From Dehalococcoidia bacterium (lineage in GTDB: Bacteria > Chloroflexota > Dehalococcoidia > SHYD01): a DNA stretch of 64,000 nt. Positions 7,947 to 16,547 of this stretch are shown here, one piece after another. Made by a program: the position numbers and the translations under genes. Each line of letters begins with the position of its first letter. The first letter of the stretch is position 1. Where the stretch lies: the NCBI GenBank assembly GCA_965261835.1, contig OZ253478.1:2206914-2270913 (forward strand), in the 5' to 3' direction. Under the pieces are notes generated by a model. That model was not told the origin of the DNA, did not search any database, and was given only the letters and a program-made list of their open reading frames with translations.

Positions 7947-10097
7947 CTAGTCCGCCGCCGCTCCTCCAGGATCGGAGTCGTCCGGATCCCACGTCGGCGT
8001 GCTGGCGGGCGTGGGCGTAGGCGTTGGCGTAAGCTCTACGCGCACTGCGGTCCTGGCAGGCGTGGGCGGAACTTCCACGCGCACTGCGGTGGAGACAGGT
8101 GTTGGGGTGAAGTCTACCCGCGTTGCGCCGCCGCCGACTCCCGGCTGACGCGGCCCAACCGGCGTAGCCGGTGTGGGCGTCGCCCCTGACCGCGACGGCG
8201 GCGTGCGGGTGGGTGTCGGAGCCAAACCCAGACGCTGCTGCACAGGCAAGGGGAATGTGGCGATCCGTTCCCTAGAAAAGGTCTTTAGGCGATCATCAGG
8301 CAGATAGCTGAGCAGCAGCTCGTTGCTAAAGGAGAGCAGCCGCCCATTGGGGAAAAGCTGGACGATGTGCGGGATCAACCGCACGATCTCCGTGTTTGAG
8401 AGGACGGTCAGCCGGGACAGCGGGAGCCGCTCTAACAGCTTGGGAGGGAGCAGGGTCAGTAACTCGTTAGGCAGGGACACCAACTCCGGCACTGAGAGCG
8501 TGGAATAGGGCAGAACGGTGACGCTGAGGCTGAGGGGCTGGTTCCCCTGTTCTTCAAACCAGCTCACTCGTTCATGCACCATGTCCCACTTCAGCTGGTA
8601 ACGTCCAATCTCCGTTGGCGCTCTCAAGACGGCATCCTGCGTCAGCGTTTGGCCCGGATGTATCGACGCCGCCAGCGGCGTATGGAACTCAATGCTGGCA
8701 TTCCCCGCGTAGGGTGTCCCGTTCATGTTGTACCACCGATACCCCAACCGAACGGGGTTGGCAGTCTGGATGTTCCATACGGCCGTACCGCTGTTCTTGA
8801 CTGAGAGAGGCACTTTCACTTCTTGGCCGGGATCCAATATCTGTGGCGTATCGTGAGCCAACCAGGCTTCGCCATAGGGCGGTAATTGCCGGGATACCGC
8901 GTCACGGAGCGCAGGAAGGAGCGCATATGCAAACCCCCCGGGACAGTCCGTGGCCATCACGTCTGCATGTCCGGCGATGTTCGGCACCTCCTTATCCACT
9001 AAGAGGCCACTTCCGTGCGGCTCAATGCCAAACTCCACCGATTTTGCGACCAAAAGCTGTTCAAGGGAAGTATTGAGCTTAGCCGAGGGTTTGCCCGCGG
9101 CAAAATTTCCCAACAGCGCTATGCCAAGGCTGCCCTCGTTGTACCGAGTAACATGGAATCCAACCACACCACGACCTCCAGCCCTACCTTCATAGATGCG
9201 GCCATCCTGATCGATCACATAGTGGTAGCCAATGTCCCCCCAGCCTTGAGTAACCGCATGGTAGTAATAGATGGCGCGGATTGATACCGCCGGATCGGGA
9301 GGATTATTCCGCGAAGCGGTGTGGTGAATGATTATCTTCTCAACTGGCGCGTACTCCGGGAGATGGATCTCCCGCCCTTGAGCGAACCGGTAGCGCTCCT
9401 CAGCGCCCCACGCGTGGCGCGGAATCACAGACGGCTGAGAGAGGCCGGCAAGCCGTGCGACCTGCGAAGCGGAGGGCTCAATATCTTCCGCTTGCGGTCC
9501 CCCCGTGGAATCAATGAAAGTGACTCGGATGCCGTTAAGACGAGGTTCCCAATCCATGTCCGTAGGCACATGCTCCAACGCCACTCGATATTGAAGGAAG
9601 CGTCCTGACGTAAATAACAGGTCCGTATCTCTGACGCCCGTGCCGCTCAGCGAGTCTAGCTCCTCCAGAGCCCACCATTGCGACCAGATTACGCCGTCTT
9701 CACTGGCCCGTGCATCGATGAGCACCTCGACACCGTCTGGAATATAGCCATCCCAGTGGAAACCCACGGCGTTGAACCGATTGGGCGCTTTCAGCGTCCC
9801 TGACTCGTGGATGTAAGCGCCGCTACCCTCAGCTGTGCTGGCGAGACGTGCCACATGGCCCCGTTCTGCTGAACCGCTTAGCGCGTCGGTATCATGATGT
9901 GCGCGAGCAGCCATCCGGGGATGAGTATGCCAGGTAAAATCCAGCGCACGCGCCTCCAGTGTGCCGGCTTTGGTCTGGACTGCAGGCTGAGATGCCCCAG
10001 GGGCAGGATCCCACAAAGCAACGCCAACCATCACTGCAACCAAGAGCAGCGCCATGGCTAACTTTCTATTGGGCAGAAGCCGCAGATAAACGTGCAC
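7947..10097 (-). CDS. Secreted N-acetylmuramoyl-L-alanine amidase (Amidase_2/PGRP domain) multidomain protein
   Basis: Amidase_2 core: KIIIHHTASRNNP...YYHAVTQGWGDIGYHYVIDQDGRIYEGRAGG...NIAGHADVMATDCPG. Downstream are an Ig/NBR1-like segment, a Leu-rich repeat-like segment and a Pro/Thr-rich C-terminus. The N-terminal signal is MALLLVAVMVGVALW; the start could be 10055 rather than 10097. Confidence 0.8.
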   Translation of the reverse strand: MHVYLRLLPNRKLAMALLLVAVMVGVALWDPAPGASQPAVQTKAGTLEARALDFTWHTHPRMAARAHHDTDALSGSAERGHVARLASTAEGSGAYIHESGTLKAPNRFNAVGFHWDGYIPDGVEVLIDARASEDGVIWSQWWALEELDSLSGTGVRDTDLLFTSGRFLQYRVALEHVPTDMDWEPRLNGIRVTFIDSTGGPQAEDIEPSASQVARLAGLSQPSVIPRHAWGAEERYRFAQGREIHLPEYAPVEKIIIHHTASRNNPPDPAVSIRAIYYYHAVTQGWGDIGYHYVIDQDGRIYEGRAGGRGVVGFHVTRYNEGSLGIALLGNFAAGKPSAKLNTSLEQLLVAKSVEFGIEPHGSGLLVDKEVPNIAGHADVMATDCPGGFAYALLPALRDAVSRQLPPYGEAWLAHDTPQILDPGQEVKVPLSVKNSGTAVWNIQTANPVRLGYRWYNMNGTPYAGNASIEFHTPLAASIHPGQTLTQDAVLRAPTEIGRYQLKWDMVHERVSWFEEQGNQPLSLSVTVLPYSTLSVPELVSLPNELLTLLPPKLLERLPLSRLTVLSNTEIVRLIPHIVQLFPNGRLLSFSNELLLSYLPDDRLKTFSRERIATFPLPVQQRLGLAPTPTRTPPSRSGATPTPATPVGPRQPGVGGGATRVDFTPTPVSTAVRVEVPPTPARTAVRVELTPTPTPTPASTPTWDPDDSDPGGAAAD
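8031..8147 (-). repeat. Three degenerate 39-bp (13-codon) tandem repeats inside the amidase C-terminal tail
   Basis: Plus-strand units at 8031..8069, 8070..8108 and 8109..8147 share CTACGCGCACTGCGGT / CCACGCGCACTGCGGT cores. They encode TRVDFTPTPVSTA / VRVEVPPTPARTA / VRVELTPTPTPTP. Confidence 0.7.
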
Positions 10098-10251
10098 TGG
10101 TAAGCAACGCTCGCACTAAGATAACTCAACCACAAATATGGGTTGCTAAGGTAAACGTGAGGCACGTCAGGCACGTTACACACCGCAATCCTTAGCAGCG
10201 CCACTTGCCCAGCCACGCATGCAACCGAAACCGTTACATAGCGGCTCACGT

Positions 10252-10280
10252 TTGACGGGTAGGAAGCGCGATGCTAGACT
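10252..10280 (+). promoter_or_regulatory. Candidate promoter for mtaB
   Basis: TTGACG (10252..10257), 17-nt spacer, TAGACT (10275..10280), about 60 nt upstream of the mtaB GTG start. Confidence 0.35.
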
Positions 10281-10342
10281 TGCGGTAACACGCAAGTTCT
10301 AATTTCGTCGCACATGGACTACGCCGCCGCCATAAGCGGCAT

Positions 10343-11731
10343 GTGCAGAAGAGCGATCGCTTAGTGTCCCAGGAACAACGTACCCCACTACAGCCTAGGG
10401 TCGCCCTCGAAACCCTGGGCTGTAAGCTTAACCTCGCCGACTCCGAACGACTCAGTCGGGAGTTCCTCCAGGCGGGATTCCAATTGGTGCAGCCCGACGA
10501 CGAGACGGACGTCTACGTCCTCAACACTTGCACCGTGACCCATGTGGCAGACCGGAAGGCGCGGCAGCGGCTCCGTGCTGTTCGCAGACGCTTACCCGAG
10601 GCGTACATTGTGGCAACGGGCTGCTACCCGGAGCGGGATGCCGCCGCGTTAAACGCGCTTACCGCAGTGGACTTGGTGGCGGGCAACAGCCAGAAGCCGG
10701 AGTTGGTGCAGCTTATTGCCAAACGTCTCCCCGAACGGCTGCCAACTGTGCGAACACCCCACTTGCTTGAGCCTATGCCCGTTCGCACTGAACCGCCCGC
10801 GGCGCGTAGCCGCGCTTTCGTAAAAATTCAGGAGGGATGCAACGACTATTGCGCCTACTGCATCATCCCCAAAACCAGGGGAACCTCCCGCTTCTTTGCT
10901 CCTGACGCCATAGTGGCCGACATCCTAGAACGCGAGGCCGCAGGCTACCAAGAGATCGTGCTGACGGGCACGCAGCTTGGGGATTACGGTATCGCACAAC
11001 CCGGAGACCGCCGCCAAGGGCCCGATCATCGAGATCAGGAGACCGAAGGGAATCCCTTGGCCGCACTCCTGGGTACAATTCTTAGCGCAACCCGTGTGCC
11101 ACGGATCAGGATTTCATCCTTGCAGCCCCAAGACCTCACACCAACCCTCCTGGCATTGTGGGACAACTCCCGCCTTTGCCAGCACTTCCACCTGCCCTTG
11201 CAGAACGGCTCGGACCGCGTGCTAGAGCGGATGCGCCGCCGCTACACCAGCGACCAATATGTCGCCGCGGTACAACGCGTACGAGAACGCATGCCCGACG
11301 CGTCCATCACCACCGACCTCATCGTGGGGTTTCCGGGAGAAACGGCGAGCGACTTTGAGCACACCCTTCGCCTCTGCGAGACGCTCGCCTTCGCCGATAT
11401 CCACGTCTTCCCTTACTCCGTACGCCCGGGAACCCTGGCCGCTCAGTTCAAGCACGCAACGCCGGACCCACTCAAACAAGAGCGGCTGCAACGGCTACTG
11501 AGTATCGGCAAATCCAGCAGCACCGCGCATAGATCCCGCTTTCTCGGCGCCACACGCCCCGTCCTATGGGAGGAGTCGGCGAGCGTGGATGGCGGACTGC
11601 AGTGGAACGGACTGACGGATAACTACATCCGTATCCACACCCGGAGCCCACACCTAGAACAAGGTATGATCACCCCAACCAAACTCACTGCGCTGTCGGT
11701 ACAAGGTCTCTGGGGAGAAATGGCGCCATGA
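10343..11731 (+). CDS. mtaB: Radical-SAM methylthiotransferase, MiaB-like / MtaB (tRNA t6A37 methylthiotransferase)
   Basis: N-terminal UPF0004 domain (ALETLGCKLNLADSERLSREF, YVLNTCTVT). Radical-SAM cluster motif GCNDYCAYCIIP. C-terminal TRAM-like region. GTG start. Confidence 0.8.
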   Translation: MQKSDRLVSQEQRTPLQPRVALETLGCKLNLADSERLSREFLQAGFQLVQPDDETDVYVLNTCTVTHVADRKARQRLRAVRRRLPEAYIVATGCYPERDAAALNALTAVDLVAGNSQKPELVQLIAKRLPERLPTVRTPHLLEPMPVRTEPPAARSRAFVKIQEGCNDYCAYCIIPKTRGTSRFFAPDAIVADILEREAAGYQEIVLTGTQLGDYGIAQPGDRRQGPDHRDQETEGNPLAALLGTILSATRVPRIRISSLQPQDLTPTLLALWDNSRLCQHFHLPLQNGSDRVLERMRRRYTSDQYVAAVQRVRERMPDASITTDLIVGFPGETASDFEHTLRLCETLAFADIHVFPYSVRPGTLAAQFKHATPDPLKQERLQRLLSIGKSSSTAHRSRFLGATRPVLWEESASVDGGLQWNGLTDNYIRIHTRSPHLEQGMITPTKLTALSVQGLWGEMAP

Positions 11732-12465
11732 ACACGTTCAACAGATTCATCGTGGCCCTGTTCTGCCTTGCAGCCATCCTTTTTTGGATTGCCGTAATGC
11801 TCATCATTTGGGTTCTTCCGGGCGAAGTAGCAGAGGCGCTGCGTGACACCGCCGTGCTGCTACGCAACAACACCTTGCTCATACAAGGTTCTTTCACCGC
11901 CTTTGGCGTGAGCTCGATATTGGTGGCGCTGCTCATTTTGGCCGGTGAACTTTCTCCACAAAACACTGGCACTATCCGGTTACGGCAAGTTAAGGGTGGC
12001 GCCGCAGGTATAACCGTGGAAGCCGTCACCCAACAGATCAAGTACGACGTGGAGCAACTGTCTGACGTGTCCATGGCCCGCCCCAGAGTGCGCAGTCATC
12101 GGGATGCAGTGGATGTGCTCATCGAACTACGAACGAACCCCGAGGCTACGTTACTAGCCAAGGCGGATGAAGTGTGTCAAGTGGCGCGGGACACCGTGGA
12201 ACGGAAGCTAGGCCTGCAACTGCGAAACGTCCAGGTGACCTTTAACAACGCCAACGTCCAGCGGAGCCGGCAGGCTGCGTCTGCACCCATTGCCTCCGCT
12301 GCCGCTGCCCCCGCTGCCTCTGCACCCGCTGCCTCGGCATCCCCCGAGGAACCCCAGTCTGCAGAGCGCGTTGTAGTGCCTGGTCCTGAAGAGGAACTGC
12401 CACAAAGGGAGCTCCCAGAACCCCCCACACTTGAACCCCCCACAGAGGAGAGACCGCGCAGCTAG
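11728..12465 (+). CDS. Membrane-anchored Asp23-like protein (AmaP-like) with Ala/Pro-rich tail
   Basis: The ATGA overlap with the mtaB stop suggests translational coupling. There are two N-terminal TM segments. An Asp23-like segment follows (ITVEAVTQQIKYDVEQLSDVS...VDVLIELRT...RNVQVTF). The family call is tentative. Confidence 0.5.
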   Translation: MNTFNRFIVALFCLAAILFWIAVMLIIWVLPGEVAEALRDTAVLLRNNTLLIQGSFTAFGVSSILVALLILAGELSPQNTGTIRLRQVKGGAAGITVEAVTQQIKYDVEQLSDVSMARPRVRSHRDAVDVLIELRTNPEATLLAKADEVCQVARDTVERKLGLQLRNVQVTFNNANVQRSRQAASAPIASAAAAPAASAPAASASPEEPQSAERVVVPGPEEELPQRELPEPPTLEPPTEERPRS

Positions 12466-13622
12466 AGCAGCACCAAGTTGTTCTTGTGCACCACTTCGTC
12501 GCCGTAGTGATAGCCCAAAATACCCTCTATCTGAGACGACCTCATGCCCTTGATCCGCTGAAGGTCTTTCTGAGTGTAATTGACAATACCGTGGGCCACT
12601 GCCCGGCCTTGGCTATCCTGCACCACCACAACGTCACCCCGTTCGAAATCGCCGTGCGTTTCCAGCACACCGGCCGGGAGCAGGCTGCGGTGCTGCTCAC
12701 TCAGCGCATGCGCCGCGCCAGCATCCACGCTGATGGCCCCTCTCCGGGTGAGACCAGAGAGCATCCAGCGCTTCCGCCCTTCCAGCTTAGACCTACCGGG
12801 TAAGAAAAGCGTGCCGCGCTGCTCGCCTGCAGCTAGCCGCAGCAGCACGTCCCGCTCCCGACCGTCCGCAATGATCACCGCGGCGCCTCCGGCCGCGGCC
12901 ATGCGAGCGGCTTGGAGCTTGGACCCCATGCCGCCACGGCTTTGCTGACCCACCACGGCCCCGGCCAGCCGTTCGATGTCGACATCCACCCGGGCTACTA
13001 GCGAAACCCGCTCGGCCATGGGATCGTGGTCCGGGTCCGCGGTGTGGAGACCGTCGATGTCACTCAGCAATACCAGGACGTCCGCCTCCAGCAAGTTGGC
13101 TACCAGCGCCGAAAGGCTATCGTTGTCGCCAAAAATCGCGGTGTCCAGTTCATCCACCGCCAGCACGTCGTTCTCATTGACAATGGAGATCACGCCAAGC
13201 TCCATGAGCGTCAGCAGTGTGTTGCGGGCGTTTAGGTAGCTCTCACGCATCTGGAGGTCCATCTTGGTGACCAATGCCTGGGCAATGGTAATATCGTGCC
13301 ACCTGAAGAGCTGGTCGTAGGCATCCATGAGGAGGCTCTGGCCCACCGCAGCGCACACTTGGCGCAATGGCACTTGCTGGAGCTGACGCACTTCTCCCAG
13401 GCGCCGCCGGCCCGCCGCTACCGCGCCGGAAGACACCACCACAATCTCTTTCCCTTCATTGTGGAGTTTGGCAATCTGGCCCACCAGCGAGGCCATCATC
13501 TCGAGATTGAGGCGATCGGTGCCCGCGGTGAGCAGCGTGGTGCCCAACTTGATCACTGCCCGCCTAAAGGGCAGCTTGGGCCACTGGGCTGGGGACTGCG
13601 TCTCGGTTACGATGCCGCTCAC
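12462..13622 (-). CDS. proB: Glutamate 5-kinase with PUA domain
   Basis: AAK-family motifs KLGTTLLT, IVVVSSGAVAAG, NENDVLAVDEL.FGDNDSLSA and GTGGM-like SRGGMGSKL. The C-terminal PUA region is GDVVVVQDSQGRAVAHGIVNY. Confidence 0.9.
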   Translation of the reverse strand: MSGIVTETQSPAQWPKLPFRRAVIKLGTTLLTAGTDRLNLEMMASLVGQIAKLHNEGKEIVVVSSGAVAAGRRRLGEVRQLQQVPLRQVCAAVGQSLLMDAYDQLFRWHDITIAQALVTKMDLQMRESYLNARNTLLTLMELGVISIVNENDVLAVDELDTAIFGDNDSLSALVANLLEADVLVLLSDIDGLHTADPDHDPMAERVSLVARVDVDIERLAGAVVGQQSRGGMGSKLQAARMAAAGGAAVIIADGRERDVLLRLAAGEQRGTLFLPGRSKLEGRKRWMLSGLTRRGAISVDAGAAHALSEQHRSLLPAGVLETHGDFERGDVVVVQDSQGRAVAHGIVNYTQKDLQRIKGMRSSQIEGILGYHYGDEVVHKNNLVLL

Positions 13623-13639
13623 CGTTCCTCCTGGGGTCG

Positions 13640-14062
13640 CTAGCGCAGCAGACGGGTGAGCATGGTGCTCACTAAACTGATGAGGATCGCGCCGAAGAAG
13701 GCGGCCCCGAATCCGTTAACGTGGAACCCGATGGTGAAAACTTCAGCCAACCAGGAAGTCAGGAGCAACATTAGCGCGTTGACGACTACTGTAAAGAGGC
13801 CCAGGGTCAGGACCTGTAACAGGCAGGTGGTGACCATGACAATGGGCCTGATCAAGGCGTTGACCAAGCCAAACACCACCGCCGTCGCCAGCCCGCTCTC
13901 CCAGCTTACAATAGTGATGTGCCCCTCAGTAAGGGTGAAATCCCCCACCTCGGCGTAATTGATGACCCCTGCGGCAATGGCGAGTGCGCCAGTATTGATG
14001 ATGATCCGCACAACCAGGTGGGTGAGCGGGTCGCCCTCTTGACGCCTGGACATGGGTGTCAC
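13640..14062 (-). CDS. Small 4-TM membrane protein, phage-holin-4_2/YvlD-like family
   Basis: 140 aa and mostly hydrophobic (IIINTGALAIAAGVINY...VVFGLVNALIRPIV...). It resembles the PF04020-type family. It overlaps the ribH stop by 4 nt. Confidence 0.55.
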   Translation of the reverse strand: MTPMSRRQEGDPLTHLVVRIIINTGALAIAAGVINYAEVGDFTLTEGHITIVSWESGLATAVVFGLVNALIRPIVMVTTCLLQVLTLGLFTVVVNALMLLLTSWLAEVFTIGFHVNGFGAAFFGAILISLVSTMLTRLLR

Positions 14063-14529
14063 TCCGGCGAACGGAACTGCTTCAGCACGTGCGCGATCTC
14101 TATGGCAGCCAACGCCGCTTCTGCGCCTTTGTTACCCTGGAGCTCCCCGGCGCGGCTCCTGGCCTGCTCTACCGTATCCGTGGTGAGCACGCCAAAGATA
14201 ATGGGAACGCGGGTCTCCAAGCCCGCCTGGAGTATCCCGTCGCGTGCGGCGCTCGCCACATGCTCAAAGTGGGCGGTTTCTCCGCGGATGACGCAGCCCA
14301 GACAGACCACCGCGTCGAATGCCCGGGTTTCGGCCATCACCTTGGCGGCCAGCGGCAGCTCGAAAGCCCCTGGCACATACGCCACGGTGATAGCCTCGTC
14401 CGTAAACCCGCGCGACCGTAACGCACGCTGAGCGCCCTGGAGAAGGCGCTCAGTAATAAAGCTATTGAATCGGGAAACGGCTATGCCTATCCGCATACCC
14501 GTCCCCATATCGGCGCTACTCAAAATCAC
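14059..14529 (-). CDS. ribH: 6,7-dimethyl-8-ribityllumazine synthase
   Basis: RIGIAVSRFNSFITERLLQGA...VPGAFELPLAAK...AVVCLGCVIRGETAHFE...GVLTT, the typical RibH sequence. It is the last gene of the rib operon. Confidence 0.92.
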   Translation of the reverse strand: MILSSADMGTGMRIGIAVSRFNSFITERLLQGAQRALRSRGFTDEAITVAYVPGAFELPLAAKVMAETRAFDAVVCLGCVIRGETAHFEHVASAARDGILQAGLETRVPIIFGVLTTDTVEQARSRAGELQGNKGAEAALAAIEIAHVLKQFRSPE

Positions 14530-14562
14530 GCCTCCATGCCGACGCTCAACTCCTGTGTTACC

Positions 14563-15765
14563 TCATTCGATCGGGATGAGATGTCCAAGTTTATCCCGCT
14601 TGGCCTCGATGTATCTTCGATTGTGCGTCGTTACCGGCGTGACAATGGACATCTGATCAACCACCGTCAGGCCGTAACTCTCAAGGCCCACGCGCTTAGT
14701 GGGGTTATTGGTGAGCAGCCGAATCTGAGTGAGACCCAAGTCAACCAGGATCTGGGCGCCCACACCATACTGCCGGGGGTCCGGTGGGAAACCCAATGCA
14801 ACATTGGCCTCCACCGTGTCCATCCCCTGGTCCTGGAGCGCATACGCCCTGATTTTGTTATGTAAACCTATCCCCCGGCCTTCCTGACGCATATAGAGGA
14901 AAACCCCGCGGCCTTCTGCAGCAATGCGCTCCAACGCCACCGCCATCTGGTCGCCACAATCGCAGCGCAGGCTGCCAAAGACATCACCGGTGAGGCATTG
15001 GCTGTGTACTCGGGTCAGTACCGGCTCCGGTCCGGAGAGATCACCCATAACCAGCGCCACGTGTTGATCCGCGTCCACCTGGCTCTTGTATGCAATAGTC
15101 GTGAACTGCCCCCACCTCGTGGGAAGCTGTGCCTCCGCCACGCGTTGCACCAGCTTTTCACTCCGGCGACGGTAAGCAATGAGTTGCGCAATGCTGAGCA
15201 ACCTGATGTCATGCCTCTTCCCGAACACCTGCAACTCGGGAAACCGCGCCATCGTGCCGTCTTCATTCATGATCTCGCAGATAACGCCCGCTGGGTACAA
15301 TCCGGCCAACCGGGCCAGATCAACCGCGGCCTCGGTGTGGCCGGAGCGCTCCAACACGCCTCCAGGCTTGGCCCGAAGCGGGAACATATGCCCCGGCATA
15401 CTGATGTCATCGGGGCGAGTGTTGGGGTCCAGCACCGCCAGCACCGTGGCCGACCGGTCGGAAGCGGATATCCCGGTAGTGGTCCCATTCTTGGCTTCGA
15501 TCGACACCGCAAACGCAGTCCCCTGCGGAGCGCTGTTGCGCTGCACCATCATGGGTACTTGCAATTCATCTAACCGCTTTCCTTCCAAGGGCATGCAGAT
15601 GAGGCCGCGCCCATGGGTTGCCATGAAGTTGATGATGTCCGGGGTCACCTTTTCCGCAGCAACGATGAGGTCGCCCTCATTCTCCCGGTCTTCGTCATCA
15701 ACTACAATGACGCACTTGCCGACCCTGATTTCGTCTATCGCCTCGTCGACGGTGCTCAGCGGCAT
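14563..15765 (-). CDS. ribBA: Bifunctional 3,4-dihydroxy-2-butanone-4-phosphate synthase / GTP cyclohydrolase II
   Basis: DHBP synthase part: VVDDEDRENEGDLIVAAEK, HGRGLICMP. GCH-II part: VHSQCLTGDVFGSLRCDCG, QEGRGIGL. Start chosen at ATG 15765 (MPLSTVDEAI...). Confidence 0.92.
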   Translation of the reverse strand: MPLSTVDEAIDEIRVGKCVIVVDDEDRENEGDLIVAAEKVTPDIINFMATHGRGLICMPLEGKRLDELQVPMMVQRNSAPQGTAFAVSIEAKNGTTTGISASDRSATVLAVLDPNTRPDDISMPGHMFPLRAKPGGVLERSGHTEAAVDLARLAGLYPAGVICEIMNEDGTMARFPELQVFGKRHDIRLLSIAQLIAYRRRSEKLVQRVAEAQLPTRWGQFTTIAYKSQVDADQHVALVMGDLSGPEPVLTRVHSQCLTGDVFGSLRCDCGDQMAVALERIAAEGRGVFLYMRQEGRGIGLHNKIRAYALQDQGMDTVEANVALGFPPDPRQYGVGAQILVDLGLTQIRLLTNNPTKRVGLESYGLTVVDQMSIVTPVTTHNRRYIEAKRDKLGHLIPIE

Positions 15766-15930
15766 AGCCTCTCCGCATCTAGCGAAAATACTGGCGTCTG
15801 AACGCCCCCCTCTATACATAGCGCCGTGGCGCATTTACTGCGGCGCCCGCTGTTCTAGACAAGTAATTATGTCTGGTTTTGTCTGGTCTGGTATTCCGAT
15901 TCTAGGCCTGGTAACAAATGGGCGTCAAGT

Positions 15931-16542
15931 TCATGACGTGTCATCGCCCTTCATGCCGCCCCGTTCGGTCGCCACCAGGCGCTCCACGTACCGGGCTATC
16001 ACATCAGTCTCCAGGTTGACCAGATCACCGGGATTCCGTTGGTAAAGATTGGTGTGGCTGCGCGTGAACGGGATCAGCGTCACCGAGAACACGTCGTGGT
16101 GAACGTCCACCACCGTCAGGCTAGCCCCATCCACTGCAATGAATCCCTTGCGAACGATGTACGGCAGCAGCGGCTCGGGCGCCCGATAGTAGGCCATCAC
16201 CCCATCCGCGCCATCTGGGCGATACTCTAGCAGCTCCCCCACGCCCTCTACGTGACCCTGTACAAGGTGCCCACCCAATCGCCCTCCCACGGCGAGCGCC
16301 CGCTCCAGGTTGACCGCAGCGCCTGCATTGAGCCGTCCCAGATTGGTCTGCCGCAGCGTTTCCGGCGCGAGGTCCGCGGTGAAGATGTCTGCACTGTGCT
16401 CAGCAACCGTAAGACAGGCGCCGCTGACCAGGATACTGTCCCCTGCCTTGGTCCCGTCCAGGACGAGCGGTGCGTGAACCGCCAAACGCCCATGTTCCGC
16501 GGATACCACGGTCCCCACTTCTTCAATGATGCCGGTGAACAA
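15931..16542 (-). CDS. ribE: Riboflavin synthase alpha chain
   Basis: MFTGIIEEVGTV...GDSILVSGACLTV...GGHLVQGHVEG...KGFIAVDGASLTV, the duplicated lumazine-binding repeats. Confidence 0.92.
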   Translation of the reverse strand: MFTGIIEEVGTVVSAEHGRLAVHAPLVLDGTKAGDSILVSGACLTVAEHSADIFTADLAPETLRQTNLGRLNAGAAVNLERALAVGGRLGGHLVQGHVEGVGELLEYRPDGADGVMAYYRAPEPLLPYIVRKGFIAVDGASLTVVDVHHDVFSVTLIPFTRSHTNLYQRNPGDLVNLETDVIARYVERLVATERGGMKGDDTS

Positions 16543-16547
16543 CGCTT

